From positions 78,258 through 142,257 of the forward strand of contig JBFXGO010000001.1 in NCBI GenBank assembly GCA_050239825.1: DNA of 64,000 nt, given 5' to 3'. The position numbers and the translations under genes are program-made. Below, one piece after another: positions 10,978 to 21,233 of the stretch (the first letter of the stretch is position 1; each line of letters begins with the position of its first letter). The notes below the pieces were generated by a model. That model ran no database searches and was not told the DNA's origin. It saw only the letters and a list, made by a program, of their open reading frames with translations. The stretch is from a bacterium. GTDB taxonomy: Bacteria; Hydrothermota; 32-111.

Positions 10978-12315
10978 ATGAACTTGAGAATTTTTACTCT
11001 CATCCTGCTTCTGGCGGTTCTATCATCGTGCGCCTATTTTAACACATTCTATAATGCACGGAAATACTATGAAGACGGAGTGAGGCCTCTTGAAAATGGC
11101 GGGATAGTCAACAAATCCCTTCTCGACAGGTCGATAGAAAAATCATCAAAAATTCTGCAGTTTCATTCAAAATCGGAATATGTCGACGATGCCCTTCTTC
11201 TGATAGGAAAATCATATATGTACACCGGCGAGTACACCAAAGCTATCAGGAAATTCACGGAGCTTCTTGATTATTTCCCGAATTCAAAATTTTCCGACGA
11301 GACGCTCTTTTTTATGGGCAAGACATATCTTCTTCAAGGTGAGAGCGAGGTGGCAAAGACGATCTTTAAGCAGGTTGTGGCGCGAAACAGGAAGTATCGC
11401 ATAGAGGCCGTCTCCGAGTGCATAGAGATAATGCTTGAAAAATCATCTCATGAAGAGGCAGACTCATTCATCAATCAGCTGTCAGACAGGGACAAAAAAA
11501 ACAATAAGGTAAAATTTCTTTCCGGAAAGGTTAAGTGGACTTCCGGGCTTTATGATGAAGCATTGAGGTATCTGTTGAATGTGAATTCCGGAAAGCTTTC
11601 AAAGGACGATGGTTTCGACTACTATAGAATCATCACCGACCTCTATCTGAAAAAAAATGAGATAATAAAAGCTGAAAAATCAATAAACAATGGTATAAGA
11701 ATTTTTCAGGATCATGCATACAAAAATTCCCTCTACCTGATGAAGGCAAAGATTCTAACTGCAAACAAAGAATATGAAAAAGCAGAGGAACTTCTCTCGG
11801 AAGTTCTCATACAACCGGGAGCAACCGCCAAGGATTCTCTTATCTTTTTCAAAGGGATCCTATATGAAACTTATTTTTCGGATTATGAGAAGGCCCTTGA
11901 ATCTTACAGGCAGATAGTGAATGAGGAAAAAAATTCAAAGCTCTTTGCAGAGGCAGAGATGAAGGTGAAATCTCTTGAACTCTTCATTTCTCTCTCAAAT
12001 GATTCTCTGGGAGAAAATGTCGAACAAAATATCGAAAACAGATTCCTTCTGGCGGAGATAAACTATCTGAATCTTGACAGAATCGATGAATCCATAATCA
12101 AATACAAGTCGATTGCCGATTCATTTCCCCAATCGGTTTATGCCCCCAAAAGTTTGTTTGCGCTTTCATATATTTATCTCAAGGATAAGAATGATTCTTT
12201 TTTGAGCGCTGAATACCTTAGCAGGATTACCGACAAATATCCGAATACGGAGTATTCTGTTTTAGCTGAAGAAAAACTAAAGGAGTTTAAACTTGCTCTC
12301 GACACTCTTAGATAA
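10978..12315 (+). CDS. TPR-repeat outer-membrane lipoprotein
   Basis: Lipobox LSSC followed by AYFNTFYNA; repeated TPR units (YVDDALLLIGKSY, YPNTEYS). Confidence 0.8.
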   Translation: MNLRIFTLILLLAVLSSCAYFNTFYNARKYYEDGVRPLENGGIVNKSLLDRSIEKSSKILQFHSKSEYVDDALLLIGKSYMYTGEYTKAIRKFTELLDYFPNSKFSDETLFFMGKTYLLQGESEVAKTIFKQVVARNRKYRIEAVSECIEIMLEKSSHEEADSFINQLSDRDKKNNKVKFLSGKVKWTSGLYDEALRYLLNVNSGKLSKDDGFDYYRIITDLYLKKNEIIKAEKSINNGIRIFQDHAYKNSLYLMKAKILTANKEYEKAEELLSEVLIQPGATAKDSLIFFKGILYETYFSDYEKALESYRQIVNEEKNSKLFAEAEMKVKSLELFISLSNDSLGENVEQNIENRFLLAEINYLNLDRIDESIIKYKSIADSFPQSVYAPKSLFALSYIYLKDKNDSFLSAEYLSRITDKYPNTEYSVLAEEKLKEFKLALDTLR

Positions 12316-13009
12316 ACAGGAATTGACAGAAAATATTTTTCTGATGACTTTCAGCAGGAACGATGACTCTGTTTTATATCCGGGTCAGTTTCTAAGTATT
12401 CTCCATTCAAGCAGGGAGAAGATATTGAGAAGGCCGTTCTCTGTTTTCAGCTACACCGATAGAAAGGTATCAATTCTTGTGAAGAGAGTCGGAGGAGGCA
12501 CGGATGCCATAACACAGATGCAGGTTGGATGCTCCGCAGATATCCTCTGTCCTCTGGGTAAGGGATTTACCGAAACTCTTGACAGTGAAAAAACCCTCTT
12601 CATAGCAGGAGGGATAGGTATAGCAGGCATTTATTCTTTCATAGGACAAAGAAAAAATTCCAAGATAATATTCGGAGACAGGGAGGGAGAATTCGGAAAG
12701 GTGATTGAGTTTTTGAAAATTCAATGCCTCTATGCTTCTGAAAAGCAAGGTAAAGGCAGAACAGGAAGGGTGACGGATTTCATAGAAGCTTTTGATTTTG
12801 ACACCATAGTCGCATGCGGTCCCAAAAAGATGCTCAAAGCAGTTAAGGATAAGGCAAACGGAAAAAGATATCTTGCCGTGTGCGAGGAGATAATGGCATG
12901 CGGAGTCGGACTCTGCAACGGGTGCATGGTCAAATACGATGACAACACATTTTGCAGAGTGTGCGCCGACGGACCGGTGCTTGACGGCAACAGGATAGTA
13001 TATGATTAA
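12293..13009 (+). CDS. pyrK: Dihydroorotate dehydrogenase electron transfer subunit
   Basis: PGQF, LRRPFS, AGGIGIA, ACGP and MACGVGLCNGC...VCADGPV 2Fe-2S motif; adjacent to pyrD. Confidence 0.92.
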   Translation: MLSTLLDKQELTENIFLMTFSRNDDSVLYPGQFLSILHSSREKILRRPFSVFSYTDRKVSILVKRVGGGTDAITQMQVGCSADILCPLGKGFTETLDSEKTLFIAGGIGIAGIYSFIGQRKNSKIIFGDREGEFGKVIEFLKIQCLYASEKQGKGRTGRVTDFIEAFDFDTIVACGPKKMLKAVKDKANGKRYLAVCEEIMACGVGLCNGCMVKYDDNTFCRVCADGPVLDGNRIVYD

Positions 13010-13913
13010 TACTCAAATAAAGGTTGGAAAGACAATTCTCAAAAAACCGATTCTCGGCGCAAGCGGTTGTTCCGGCTGGGGAGAGGAGCTTGTCAGATTC
13101 AATGATTTTTCAAAAATAGGCGGTTTTGTCACAAAATCAATAACACTAAATGAAAAGCGCGGCAATGAAATGCCGAGGATAATGGAGACATACGGAGGAC
13201 TTCTCAATTCAATAGGGCTTGAGAACAAGGGAGTAGATTATTTCGTAAAAAACATTCTGCCGATTCTGAAGAATCTTCAATGCGCAAAATTCCTGAACAT
13301 TGCGCCTTTTGAAAAAAACGAACTTGGAAAAATGATAGGAATTCTTGATTCTGAAGACGGATTCGACGGCTATGAGATAAACATCTCCTGTCCCAATGTT
13401 TCTCACGGAGGAATTTCTTTCAACGCATCGATTGAGGATGCCGTCTCTCTTATAAACGGGGCGCGGAAGATGACAGAGAGAACTCTTCTGTTAAAACTAT
13501 CTCCCGCATATGAGAATTCTTTTCAGATCGGCAAGATAGCCGAAGACTGCGGATTTGACGGTCTGACATTCACCAACACTTATATTGGAACTGCGGTTGA
13601 TATAAAAACAAAAAGCTTTGTCTTCAAAAACAAACAGGCGGGTTTGTCGGGTCCAGCAATAAAACCGCTCTCTCTTTTGAATGTCTTCAAAATGAAAAAA
13701 AGTGTGTCAATTCCCATTTTAGCCGCAGGGGGGGTCAGAACCGCAGATGATGTTTTGGAATTCTTAATTATAGGCGCATCAGCCGTACAGGTAGGAACTC
13801 AGCTTCTGATAGAGCCGGATATTCTTGAGAAGCTTTCCAATGGACTTGAAGAGAGAATGAAAGAACTGAAGATTGAAGATATAAATAATCTTATCGGATC
13901 AATAAAGGAGTGA
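13002..13913 (+). CDS. pyrD: Dihydroorotate dehydrogenase class 1B catalytic subunit
   Basis: LLNSIGLEN, EINISCPNV, GLSGPAIKP, GASAVQVGT. Confidence 0.95.
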   Translation: MINTQIKVGKTILKKPILGASGCSGWGEELVRFNDFSKIGGFVTKSITLNEKRGNEMPRIMETYGGLLNSIGLENKGVDYFVKNILPILKNLQCAKFLNIAPFEKNELGKMIGILDSEDGFDGYEINISCPNVSHGGISFNASIEDAVSLINGARKMTERTLLLKLSPAYENSFQIGKIAEDCGFDGLTFTNTYIGTAVDIKTKSFVFKNKQAGLSGPAIKPLSLLNVFKMKKSVSIPILAAGGVRTADDVLEFLIIGASAVQVGTQLLIEPDILEKLSNGLEERMKELKIEDINNLIGSIKE

Positions 13914-13915
13914 TA

Positions 13916-14647
13916 ATGAAGTTGAATGACAGACTGATAATCCCGCTTGATGTTGAGAAGTTGAGCGATGCTGAGAAGATTGTCCGTGAGCTTGAAGATT
14001 CCATAACCACTTACAAGGTGGGTCTTCAGCTGTACACAAGGGAAGGAAAAAAAGTAATTGAGATGCTTAAAAAATACGACAAATCTATTTTCCTTGACCT
14101 TAAGTTCCACGACATACCGAATACAGTAATGGGAGCAGTCAAATCAGCGCTCGACCTTGGAGTCGACATGATGACAATTCACGCGATGGGCGGATTCGAC
14201 ATGATGGAGGGTGTTGCAAAGATGCTCTGGCAGAGAAAGAATGACGGAAAACACACCCCCATAATTTTTGCCGTGACATTGCTGACATCTCTTGATTCGG
14301 CATTTCTTATGGATGTGATAGGCACTACGAATAGAACTGTGGACGATGAGGTTGTCATACTCGCAGGCGCGGCGCAGTCTGCAGGTATAGCCGGAGTTGT
14401 GGCATCGCCTCAGGAGATAAAAAGCATCAGAAAGAAATATGGAAAAGAGCTTCTCATTCTGACACCGGGAATAAGACCGGCCGGAAGCGATAAAAATGAC
14501 CAGCAGAGGACAGCCACTCCATTTTCTGCAATGAAGGATGGTGCGGATTTTATAGTGGTAGGCAGACCGATTCTTCAGGCAGAAGATAAGATAAAAGCTG
14601 TAAAAAACATACTAAGGGAGATGAAGGATGGACTTAAAGACTCTTGA
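13916..14647 (+). CDS. pyrF: Orotidine-5'-phosphate decarboxylase
   Basis: FLDLKFHDIPNTV, TPGIRP, DQQRTATP, VVGRPI. Confidence 0.97.
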   Translation: MKLNDRLIIPLDVEKLSDAEKIVRELEDSITTYKVGLQLYTREGKKVIEMLKKYDKSIFLDLKFHDIPNTVMGAVKSALDLGVDMMTIHAMGGFDMMEGVAKMLWQRKNDGKHTPIIFAVTLLTSLDSAFLMDVIGTTNRTVDDEVVILAGAAQSAGIAGVVASPQEIKSIRKKYGKELLILTPGIRPAGSDKNDQQRTATPFSAMKDGADFIVVGRPILQAEDKIKAVKNILREMKDGLKDS

Positions 14648-15182
14648 AAAAGAGAATGTAATATTGAAGGGGCATTTCCTTCTGACAAGCGGGCTTCACT
14701 CTGACACCTATTTTGAGAAGTTCAGGCTTCTCGAAAATCCGAAGATTCTTGTTGAACTTGTCTCCAATGCGATAAAAAAAATGACATTCAGGGATATTGA
14801 CTATGTGCTCGGACCGACCGTAGGAGGAATAGTCGTTGCTTATGAATTTGCGCGCCAGCTAAAATGCAGGGCGGCGTATCTTGAAAAACGCGAAGACAAA
14901 ATGGGTTTGTACAGGCAGACTCCGGTTTCGTCAAGTCACAGGCTTCTTTTAGTGGATGATGTTCTTACAACAGGAAAATCAATACATCAGATGATAGATG
15001 CGGTGAATGAAATGAAAGGAAACATAAAGGGAATAGCAGTTCTGATAGACAGAAGCAGAGACTCTAAATTCGACTGGCCTCTGTTTAGCGCCATGGCAGT
15101 TGAAGCAGAGATTTATGCACCGGAATCATGCAAACTGTGCGACAAGAAAATTCCCATCGTGCGTCCCGGCGGAAAAAGATAA
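14628..15182 (+). CDS. pyrE: Orotate phosphoribosyltransferase
   Basis: GHFLLTSGLHS; PRPP motif LVDDVLTTGKS; operon context. Confidence 0.95.
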   Translation: MDLKTLEKENVILKGHFLLTSGLHSDTYFEKFRLLENPKILVELVSNAIKKMTFRDIDYVLGPTVGGIVVAYEFARQLKCRAAYLEKREDKMGLYRQTPVSSSHRLLLVDDVLTTGKSIHQMIDAVNEMKGNIKGIAVLIDRSRDSKFDWPLFSAMAVEAEIYAPESCKLCDKKIPIVRPGGKR

Positions 15183-15203
15183 AAATCAAAAAGGAGGATA
15201 TAA

Positions 15204-15953
15204 ATGTCAGGACACAATAAGTGGAGCACAATCAAGAGAAAGAAGGCAGTGGAAGACAACAAGAGAGGCGCCATCTTTACAAAACTCATAAAGGAAATCA
15301 CTCTTGCGGCAAGAGACGGCGGCGGAGACATTGAGAGCAACGCCAGACTCAGAGCGGCAGTAGCTTCGGCAAAGAAAGCCAACATGCCTGCGGACAATGT
15401 CGAGAGGGCAATAAAGAAGGGCACAGGAGAGCTTCCCGGCGTCATTTATGAAGAGGTTACATACGGAGGCTATGGAGCAGGCGGAGCGGCCATTTTAGTT
15501 GATGTGGTCACAGATAACAAGAACAGAGCCACAAGCGAGATACGTCACATATTCTCAAGATACGGGCGTGAGCTCGGCGATGTGAGCTCTGTTGCATGGA
15601 TGTTCGACAGAAAGGGTCTCATAGAAGTCGACGGCACCAAGCACAAGTTTGATGATATTCTGGAAGTCGCGATAGACGCAGGCGCCGAGGATGTTGTTGA
15701 CGGCGGAGAAGTTATAAACATATATACGGCTCCCGAAGCCCTTTACAAGGTTAAAAAGATGCTGGATGAAAAGAAGATAGAATCTCATTCGGCAAATCTC
15801 ACAAAGAAAGCCCAGTCCCTTGTTATTCTAAGCGAGAGCGATGCTTCAGTCATGATACGGCTAATGGATGCTCTTGAAGAGAATGATGATGTGCAGAATG
15901 TTTATTCAAACTTTGATGTGTCCGATGATGTTGCGGAGAAGCTCTCAAAGTGA
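15204..15953 (+). CDS. yebC: YebC/PmpR family protein
   Basis: MSGHNKWSTIKRKK, TDNKNR, DDVQNVYSN. Confidence 0.97.
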   Translation: MSGHNKWSTIKRKKAVEDNKRGAIFTKLIKEITLAARDGGGDIESNARLRAAVASAKKANMPADNVERAIKKGTGELPGVIYEEVTYGGYGAGGAAILVDVVTDNKNRATSEIRHIFSRYGRELGDVSSVAWMFDRKGLIEVDGTKHKFDDILEVAIDAGAEDVVDGGEVINIYTAPEALYKVKKMLDEKKIESHSANLTKKAQSLVILSESDASVMIRLMDALEENDDVQNVYSNFDVSDDVAEKLSK

Positions 15954-16408
15954 ATATAATCGGTTTTGACCCGAGCTTGAGGCAGACCGGATATGCCATT
16001 GTTGACGCGGAAAAGCAGAAGATTATAACTGCGGGAGTCATAAAGACAAATTCCGAAAAGGACCTCAATGAGAGAATCTTTGAGATATTCAGGAATGCCG
16101 GAGAAATTCTTGAAAAACATAATGTCTCCCACTCGGCTTTTGAAGAATCATTTTACCATAAAAATGTGCGCACCTCCAACATTCTCTCTCAGGTGAGAAC
16201 CGCGCTTATCATCAGCTGTATGGAGCGGGGGCTTACCATCTCGGTCTTCTCCCCCAACAATATAAAAAAATGCGTCACAGGAAGAGGACACGCCTCAAAA
16301 GAGCAGGTTCTCTACATGATAAAACAGATATTTAAAATAACCGAGGATGTGCCTGACGATGTCTCGGATGCTCTTGCCATCGCATACACATTCCTTGCGA
16401 GGTCATAA
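15950..16408 (+). CDS. ruvC: Holliday junction resolvase
   Basis: IGFDPS, TGRGHASKEQV, DDVSDALAIA; precedes ruvAB. Confidence 0.95.
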   Translation: MNIIGFDPSLRQTGYAIVDAEKQKIITAGVIKTNSEKDLNERIFEIFRNAGEILEKHNVSHSAFEESFYHKNVRTSNILSQVRTALIISCMERGLTISVFSPNNIKKCVTGRGHASKEQVLYMIKQIFKITEDVPDDVSDALAIAYTFLARS

Positions 16409-16968
16409 TGAACTCATTCATAAAGGGAACCCTTGTTCAGAAAACCTTCTCATATATTGTGATTGAAAACAACGGAATAGGCTATATGATGAGAATTTCC
16501 CTCTCTTCTTATGACAAACTTCCGCCGACCGGCGAGGATGCAATGCTACTAACATTCCTGTCGATAAAAAACGAAGAGGTGTCAATCTACGGTTTTTCTG
16601 ATGAGAAGGAGAGGTCTCTTTTTTTAAAGCTTATTGATATACCCAAGATCGGCCCAAAGACTGCGCTTTCTATTTTCAATGCGATGACTCCTGAGGATTT
16701 TGAGGGATTTGTATTAATGAGAAACAGCGCATCAATCGCAAAGGCAAAGGGCATAAGCAGAAAGACGGCTGAAACGATAGTTCTGGAGCTTTCAGGAAAA
16801 ATATCTGCTGATGGAGCGCGGATTGCCAATGACGCATACGATGCGCTTCTGGCATTGGGATTCACGGTCAAGGATATTGATGCGGTAATCAAAGATGTTA
16901 TGGATTCTGTTGAAGACAAGACTGACACTGAAAACATTGTCAAAGAAGCATTGAAGAGGCTCAGATGA
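16408..16968 (+). CDS. ruvA: Holliday junction branch migration protein RuvA
   Basis: NGIGY, YGF, IGPKTAL, DALLALGF. Confidence 0.95.
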   Translation: MNSFIKGTLVQKTFSYIVIENNGIGYMMRISLSSYDKLPPTGEDAMLLTFLSIKNEEVSIYGFSDEKERSLFLKLIDIPKIGPKTALSIFNAMTPEDFEGFVLMRNSASIAKAKGISRKTAETIVLELSGKISADGARIANDAYDALLALGFTVKDIDAVIKDVMDSVEDKTDTENIVKEALKRLR

Positions 16969-17975
16969 ACAAAGAGATAATCACATCCTCAAAACTGATG
17001 GAGGATGCGGAGATAGAGGAATCCCTAAGACCGAAGAAACTTAGTAATTTTGTCGGTCAGAGCCGTTTAAAAGAGAATCTCGAAATAGCTATAGAATCCG
17101 CAAAAAGGAGAGATGACATTCTCGACCACATCCTTTTTTTCGGTCCTCCCGGTTTGGGAAAGACAACTCTTTCATACATTGTGGCAAATGAAATGAATGT
17201 AAAAATATACTCAACAAGCGGCCCTGTGCTTGAACGGCCTGGCGACCTTGCCGGAGTGCTTACAAAGCTTGAGAAGGGAGATATACTTTTCATAGATGAA
17301 ATTCACAGGATAAACAGGGTGGTTGAAGAGTATCTTTATCCTGCAATGGAGGATTTTGCCATAGACATTCTTATTGATTCCGGTCCCTCTGCGAGGAGCG
17401 TCAAGCTGAAGCTGAAACCATTCACACTCATAGGCGCAACGACAAGAAGCGGTCTTTTGACTGCTCCCATGAGGTCCAGATTCGGCATGTCGACCCGTCT
17501 TGACTTTTACAATGATTCGGATATTGCCGAGATTCTTAAACGGTCAGCAAAGATACTGAAAATTGAGTCGGATGAAGACGGATTTTTTGAAATAGCAAAA
17601 AGGTCCCGCGGGACTCCGAGAATCGCCAATCGTCTTTTAAAGAGAGTAAGAGACTATGCCGTGGTAAAGTCCGACGGAACAATAAACAAAGAGAAGGCAG
17701 AAAAGGCAATGGAGACCCTTGATGTTGACTCCCTCGGGCTCGATGATATGAGCGTCTTGATACTAAAGACAGTAATCGAAAAATACGATGGAGGTCCGGT
17801 GGGGGTCTCCACTCTCGCCATATCCATAGGAGAGACATCCGAAACGATAGAGGAGGTTTACGAGCCCTTTCTTATTATGAAAGGACTTATGAAGAGAACT
17901 CAGAGAGGAAGAGTCGCGACAAAACTGGCTTATGACCACCTCGGCATCAAGAGAGAGGGTCAGCTCTTCGAATAA
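16965..17975 (+). CDS. ruvB: Holliday junction branch migration ATPase RuvB
   Basis: GPPGLGKTT, LFIDEIHR, RGTPRIANRLL. Confidence 0.98.
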   Translation: MNKEIITSSKLMEDAEIEESLRPKKLSNFVGQSRLKENLEIAIESAKRRDDILDHILFFGPPGLGKTTLSYIVANEMNVKIYSTSGPVLERPGDLAGVLTKLEKGDILFIDEIHRINRVVEEYLYPAMEDFAIDILIDSGPSARSVKLKLKPFTLIGATTRSGLLTAPMRSRFGMSTRLDFYNDSDIAEILKRSAKILKIESDEDGFFEIAKRSRGTPRIANRLLKRVRDYAVVKSDGTINKEKAEKAMETLDVDSLGLDDMSVLILKTVIEKYDGGPVGVSTLAISIGETSETIEEVYEPFLIMKGLMKRTQRGRVATKLAYDHLGIKREGQLFE

Positions 17976-18997
17976 TGCCGCACCTGAAGGATTTTGATTA
18001 TAAACTGCCAAACGAGCTCATTGCATACTCGCCAAAAGAGAGGGGAGAGAGCCGACTTTTGATAGTGGAAAGAAAGAGCGGATCTTTTAAGGAATCCGTG
18101 ACAAGAGAGATCCCCTCGATTATAGAGTATCCTGCAGTTGTGGCGAGAAACATCACCAAAGTTGTCAAAACGAGATTCTACGGACAAAGAGAGAGCGGAG
18201 GCAGAATTGAGTTTCTTGTCTTAAATCCGTACCAGAGTTCAAATGAATATTCATCACTCATAAAACGGTCGTCGAAACTGAAAATAGGCGATGCACTGCA
18301 GATAGCACCCGATGCAAAGGTTGAAATAATCGGAAGAGAGAGTAGCGTGTGGAGAATAAGAATAGAGACAAAGATGAGCAGTGCACAATTTTTTGAAAAA
18401 TACGGGCATACGCCGCTTCCTCCCTACATAAAGAGAGCTGACGAGAGAATTGATGAAGAGAGCTATCAGACAGTCTATGCTTCGATTGATGGGTCTGCGG
18501 CCGCTCCTACGGCAGGGCTTCATTTTTCGGATAGCATGATTGAAGAAATCCGGAAAAGGGGGGGAGATTTTGCAGACATAATCCTTCATGTGGGACTCGG
18601 AACATTTGAGAGCGTGAAGGAGGAGGATGTAAGTAAGCACAAAATGCACTCAGAATACTTCTCTGTGACAAAGAGCGCCGCTGAGAAGCTTAACAGAGCC
18701 AAGGTAAAGAATCAAAAAATTGTTTCAATAGGCACCACAACTCTGAGGGTGCTTGAAACAGTATTCAGCGAGTCGAAATTTTCAGAACAAAATGGAATGA
18801 CCGACATTTTCATTTATCCACCCTACAAAATAGAGAGCGCCGACATTCTGCTCACCAATTTTCATCTTCCGCAATCAACCCTTTTGATGCTTGTCTCGGC
18901 ATTCGCCGGTAGAGAACTAATACTCGACGCATATAATTATGCAATAGAACGAAGATTCAGATTCTTCTCATACGGGGATGCGATGCTTATATTATGA
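17975..18997 (+). CDS. queA: S-adenosylmethionine:tRNA ribosyltransferase-isomerase
   Basis: PLPPYIKR, YQTVYA, AAPTAGLHF, TNFHLP, RFFSYGDAML. Confidence 0.98.
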   Translation: MPHLKDFDYKLPNELIAYSPKERGESRLLIVERKSGSFKESVTREIPSIIEYPAVVARNITKVVKTRFYGQRESGGRIEFLVLNPYQSSNEYSSLIKRSSKLKIGDALQIAPDAKVEIIGRESSVWRIRIETKMSSAQFFEKYGHTPLPPYIKRADERIDEESYQTVYASIDGSAAAPTAGLHFSDSMIEEIRKRGGDFADIILHVGLGTFESVKEEDVSKHKMHSEYFSVTKSAAEKLNRAKVKNQKIVSIGTTTLRVLETVFSESKFSEQNGMTDIFIYPPYKIESADILLTNFHLPQSTLLMLVSAFAGRELILDAYNYAIERRFRFFSYGDAMLIL

Positions 18998-20058
18998 ATA
19001 TTTTCAAGATAAAAAAATCATCAGGAAAGAAGAGGCGCGGAGTGATAGAGACCGCGCATGGAACTGTGGAGACACCCAATCTTATGGTTGTGGCAACTCA
19101 GGGCTCTGTCAAAGCCGTCTCGGCAGTAGACCTTAGGGAATGGGGAAGCGAATTCATAATAGCAAATACATACCATCTCTATCTTAGACCCGGGCTTGAG
19201 ATTCTTAATGAAGCCGGCGGTCTTCACAGGTTTATGAATTGGGATAAAACAATTTTTACAGATTCAGGAGGATTTCAGGTATTCTCTCTCTCAAAACTAA
19301 GAAAATTCAAAGATGACGGCATAATATTTCAGTCCCACATTGACGGGTCATACCATACATTCACTCCGGAAAACAATGTGAGGATGCAGAGGTCGATAGG
19401 AGGAGATGTGATGATGGTGCTTGATGAGTGTATGGAGTTCCCTGTCACTCACGCCTATGCGAAACATTCTGTGGAGCGAACTGTAAAGTGGGCTGAGAGG
19501 GCGCGCAGGGAGTTTGAGGAAAGTTCTCCTCTCTACGGCTATAATCAGAGTCAGTTCGGCATTATCCAGGGGTCTACATTTCACGACCTAAGAAAAATGT
19601 GCGCCGAAAAACTATCTGAGATTGATTTTGAAGGTTATGCAATGGGCGGTGTCGCAATTGGAGAATCGAAAGACTACATCAGGAAGGTTATAGACATGGC
19701 TGATGAGATAATGCCGAGAGAAAAATGCAGATATCTCATGGGAGTCGGAGAGGAGGATGATGTAAGATATGCTGTGGAAAACGGGTTTGATATTTTTGAT
19801 TGCGTCATTCCTACGAGGAATGCGAGGAACGGGGCTTTATTCACGAAGAACGGAAGGATGCTGATAAAGAATGCAAAATTCAAAAAGGATTTTGCTCCGG
19901 TGGAAGAGGGGTGCGATTGCCATCTTTGCAGAAATTATTCAAGGTCATATCTGCATCATCTGTTCAAAGCGGGAGAGATGCTTGGAGGGATTCTTGCGAC
20001 AGAGCATAATGTAAATTATTATCTGCGTCTTATGAAAGAGATAAGGGATTCTATTTGA
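18994..20058 (+). CDS. tgt: Queuine tRNA-guanine transglycosylase
   Basis: ANTYHL, TDSGGFQVFSL, RYLMGVG, Zn motif CDCHLC...HN. Confidence 0.98.
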   Translation: MNIFKIKKSSGKKRRGVIETAHGTVETPNLMVVATQGSVKAVSAVDLREWGSEFIIANTYHLYLRPGLEILNEAGGLHRFMNWDKTIFTDSGGFQVFSLSKLRKFKDDGIIFQSHIDGSYHTFTPENNVRMQRSIGGDVMMVLDECMEFPVTHAYAKHSVERTVKWAERARREFEESSPLYGYNQSQFGIIQGSTFHDLRKMCAEKLSEIDFEGYAMGGVAIGESKDYIRKVIDMADEIMPREKCRYLMGVGEEDDVRYAVENGFDIFDCVIPTRNARNGALFTKNGRMLIKNAKFKKDFAPVEEGCDCHLCRNYSRSYLHHLFKAGEMLGGILATEHNVNYYLRLMKEIRDSI

Positions 20059-20084
20059 GAAAAGATTATTATTTGTTATTCGCT

Positions 20085-21115
20085 GATGGCAGGCGTAGCG
20101 TCGGCTCGCACACTCCGCTTCGCCGCTTTATCAAGATGGGATAGCGGAGCAAGGAGAGAACCACTTGATGGGCGTCTGCGCGGAGCGTCCTCGCCGACTT
20201 GTAGCTTTCACTTTCAATAAGTTAATTAATTGAATGAATCTTCTAAAACCATTGGCGCGGGTGTAATGTGCGCGAACGTCCATGATAGAAAGAACGGGTT
20301 GCACCAGAAGTTTTAGAAGATTACTGAAAAGACTAAATATTAATCAACTCCCCGTATTAAGCTCATGGCACACGGCACACGGCTCAGGGCTGATTTAGTG
20401 GCTGCACGCGGGCATAGCATCGGCTCGCACACTCCGCTTCGCCGCTATATCAAGATGGGATAGCGGAGCAAGGGGAGAACCACTTGATGGGCGTCTGCGC
20501 GGAGCGTCCTCGCCGACTTGTAGCTTTCACTTTCAATAAGTTATTTAATTGATTGAATCTTCTAAAACCATTGGCGCGGGTGTAATGTGCGCGAACGTCC
20601 ATGATAGAGGTATCGGGTTGCACCAGAAGTTTTAGAAGATTACTGTAAAGAATAAATATTAATCAGCTCCACGTATTGTATTTAAACTCGCAACTCGTAA
20701 CCCGTAACTCGAAACTGAATTATCTTTTAATATTGATGACTGCACTGGAATTTTTCCTCGGAACTGTAAAGGCAAGTCATTTACTCATCTCTCCGTATTT
20801 TGCTCATGGCACATGGCTCAAGGCTCAGGGCTGATTTTGGGGGCTGCTGGCAGGCGTGCGTCAGCTCACACACTCCGCTTCGCCGCTTTATCAAGATGGG
20901 ATAGCGGAGCAAGGGGTCGCCCACTTGATGGGCGTCTTCGCGGAGCGTCCTCGCCGACTTGTAGCTTTCACTTTCAATAAGAACCTGTTGTGGGGACACA
21001 CCGAAGGAATGTCCCCAAACATTGAATAGCAGTGCGGAGATGCACTGGAATTTTTCCTCGGAACTGTAAAGCCAAGTCATTTACTTAATTCTCCGTATTA
21101 TGTTTAAACTCGTAT
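20085..21115. repeat. Non-coding mosaic array 1 of hairpin modules with three copies of the 99-nt core
   Basis: Core copies at 20100-20198, 20419-20517 and 20860-20958. 13-bp inverted-repeat module at 20237-20322 and 20556-20641. GGGGACA/TGTCCCC hairpin near 20990. Heptamer tracts at 20361, 20685 and 20802. Confidence 0.95.
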
Positions 21116-21199
21116 TCAGCACCTCTTTGCCTTTTAACCTTTTTACTTTTTTTACCCAGTACATATTATATTGTAATTGTAATTTAGAGACATTATCTA

Positions 21200-21227
21200 T
21201 TGACTCTGATTCATTTTATTGTAAAAT
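21200..21227 (+). promoter_or_regulatory. Putative sigma70 promoter, probably giving a leaderless or near-leaderless mRNA
   Basis: TTGACT-N16-TAAAAT, 6 nt before ATG 21234; no SD sequence. Confidence 0.5.
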
Positions 21228-21233
21228 TAAAAT

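Noticed and set aside
20085..21115. Integron attC cassette array
   Set aside because: No RYYYAAC...GTTRRRY box pairs at the stems, no cassette ORFs and no integrase in the window.
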